NCBI RefSeq assembly: GCF_964355755.1
Contig: NC_092673.1
Coordinates: 24,425,648-24,489,647, forward strand
Source of the DNA: Antedon mediterranea
Lineage: Eukaryota > Animalia > Echinodermata
Reading direction: 5' to 3'
Length of the DNA: 64,000 nt
A model generated the notes under the pieces. It saw only the letters and a list, made by a program, of their open reading frames with translations, searched no databases and was not told the DNA's origin. Within the stretch, counting starts at the first letter, position 1. Each line of letters opens with the position of its first letter. Made by a program: the position numbers and the translations under genes. Shown here piece by piece: positions 63,321 to 64,000 of this stretch.

Positions 63321-64000
63321 GTTTGTATGTTTGCTTTATTGTCAAAATTTTACAATTTTAAGATATGTTTTGTACCATAGTAGATCATTAAATAATACAA
63401 ATGATAAATATTTAAATAAATGAATACAAGTTACTATCTTTTAAAATTTTGATTAAATAAATTGCATGCTATATACAGTGTTGAAAATCTGAAACAGTTT
63501 TATTTGTCAACATTGTTTCCTGTGTCAGTCCTTCCTGATCTGCTAATAATAATATCTGAGTTTAATGGGTGGGTTGAGTCTAGTATAATTTAGTTAATTT
63601 TCTTAAGTATAAACATTTTAAATATCATCTAGAGATTTCACTTCGACACCGATAACTTTGCTGGCTTTATTTACAATTCTTTGAATTTTTGCTGTTAATA
63701 TTGATGTGAGAAAACCAAATAATAATACAATACGAAAGGATTGATTGAACAAGGGCCGTTTGGAATTTATTTATTTATTCTTTCTTTTTACTGGATTGCA
63801 TTTTTAGTAATGTAGTACTCCACCTCTGATACTTCTCAGGACGTTTTAATATAAAGTTTTATAATGTGTGAAGAAATTTGATGATATCGCTGCAGATATC
63901 ACTTCTTAATTCAGGAACTTTTAATAGTATAATAGCCCTTTCAAATCGCAAACACCGTAACAAACACACCACACCGTTATCCCTCTCACACCAAATGCCC

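Noticed and set aside
1-64000. Prokaryotic systems (operons, defence islands, retrons, CRISPR-Cas)
   Set aside because: Low coding density, spliceosomal introns and animal TE families show this is animal nuclear DNA; no bacterial-like insert was seen.

Overview
AT-rich, intron-containing animal DNA, not prokaryotic. The fibropellin/Notch-type EGF gene and Deu/Nin-type SINEs suggest an invertebrate deuterostome such as an echinoderm (inference). Three host genes can be reconstructed by hand from GT-AG junctions. (1) The last coding exon of a probable TRPC-like channel (+, 814-1101). (2) A complete minus-strand gene with 9 coding exons (26148->14068; 4176 nt, 1391 aa) encoding a signal peptide, a short basic linker and 35 consecutive Notch/fibropellin-type EGF repeats with no other domain, i.e. 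a predicted secreted EGF-only protein. (3) A stomatin/band-7 gene (+, 59311-63320, running off the window) with two candidate alternative first exons. The rest is dominated by mobile DNA: a 6.45-kb decayed CACTA/EnSpm element whose subterminal repeats have expanded into 102-bp and 63-bp satellites, a Harbinger element with a Myb/SANT remnant, Kolobok-, hAT- and Harbinger-type MITEs, tRNA-derived SINEs, LINE tails, and two Penelope-type minimal hammerhead ribozyme motifs. The palindrome TAGGCCTA is strongly over-represented and unevenly distributed. All calls were made by eye; no database search was run.
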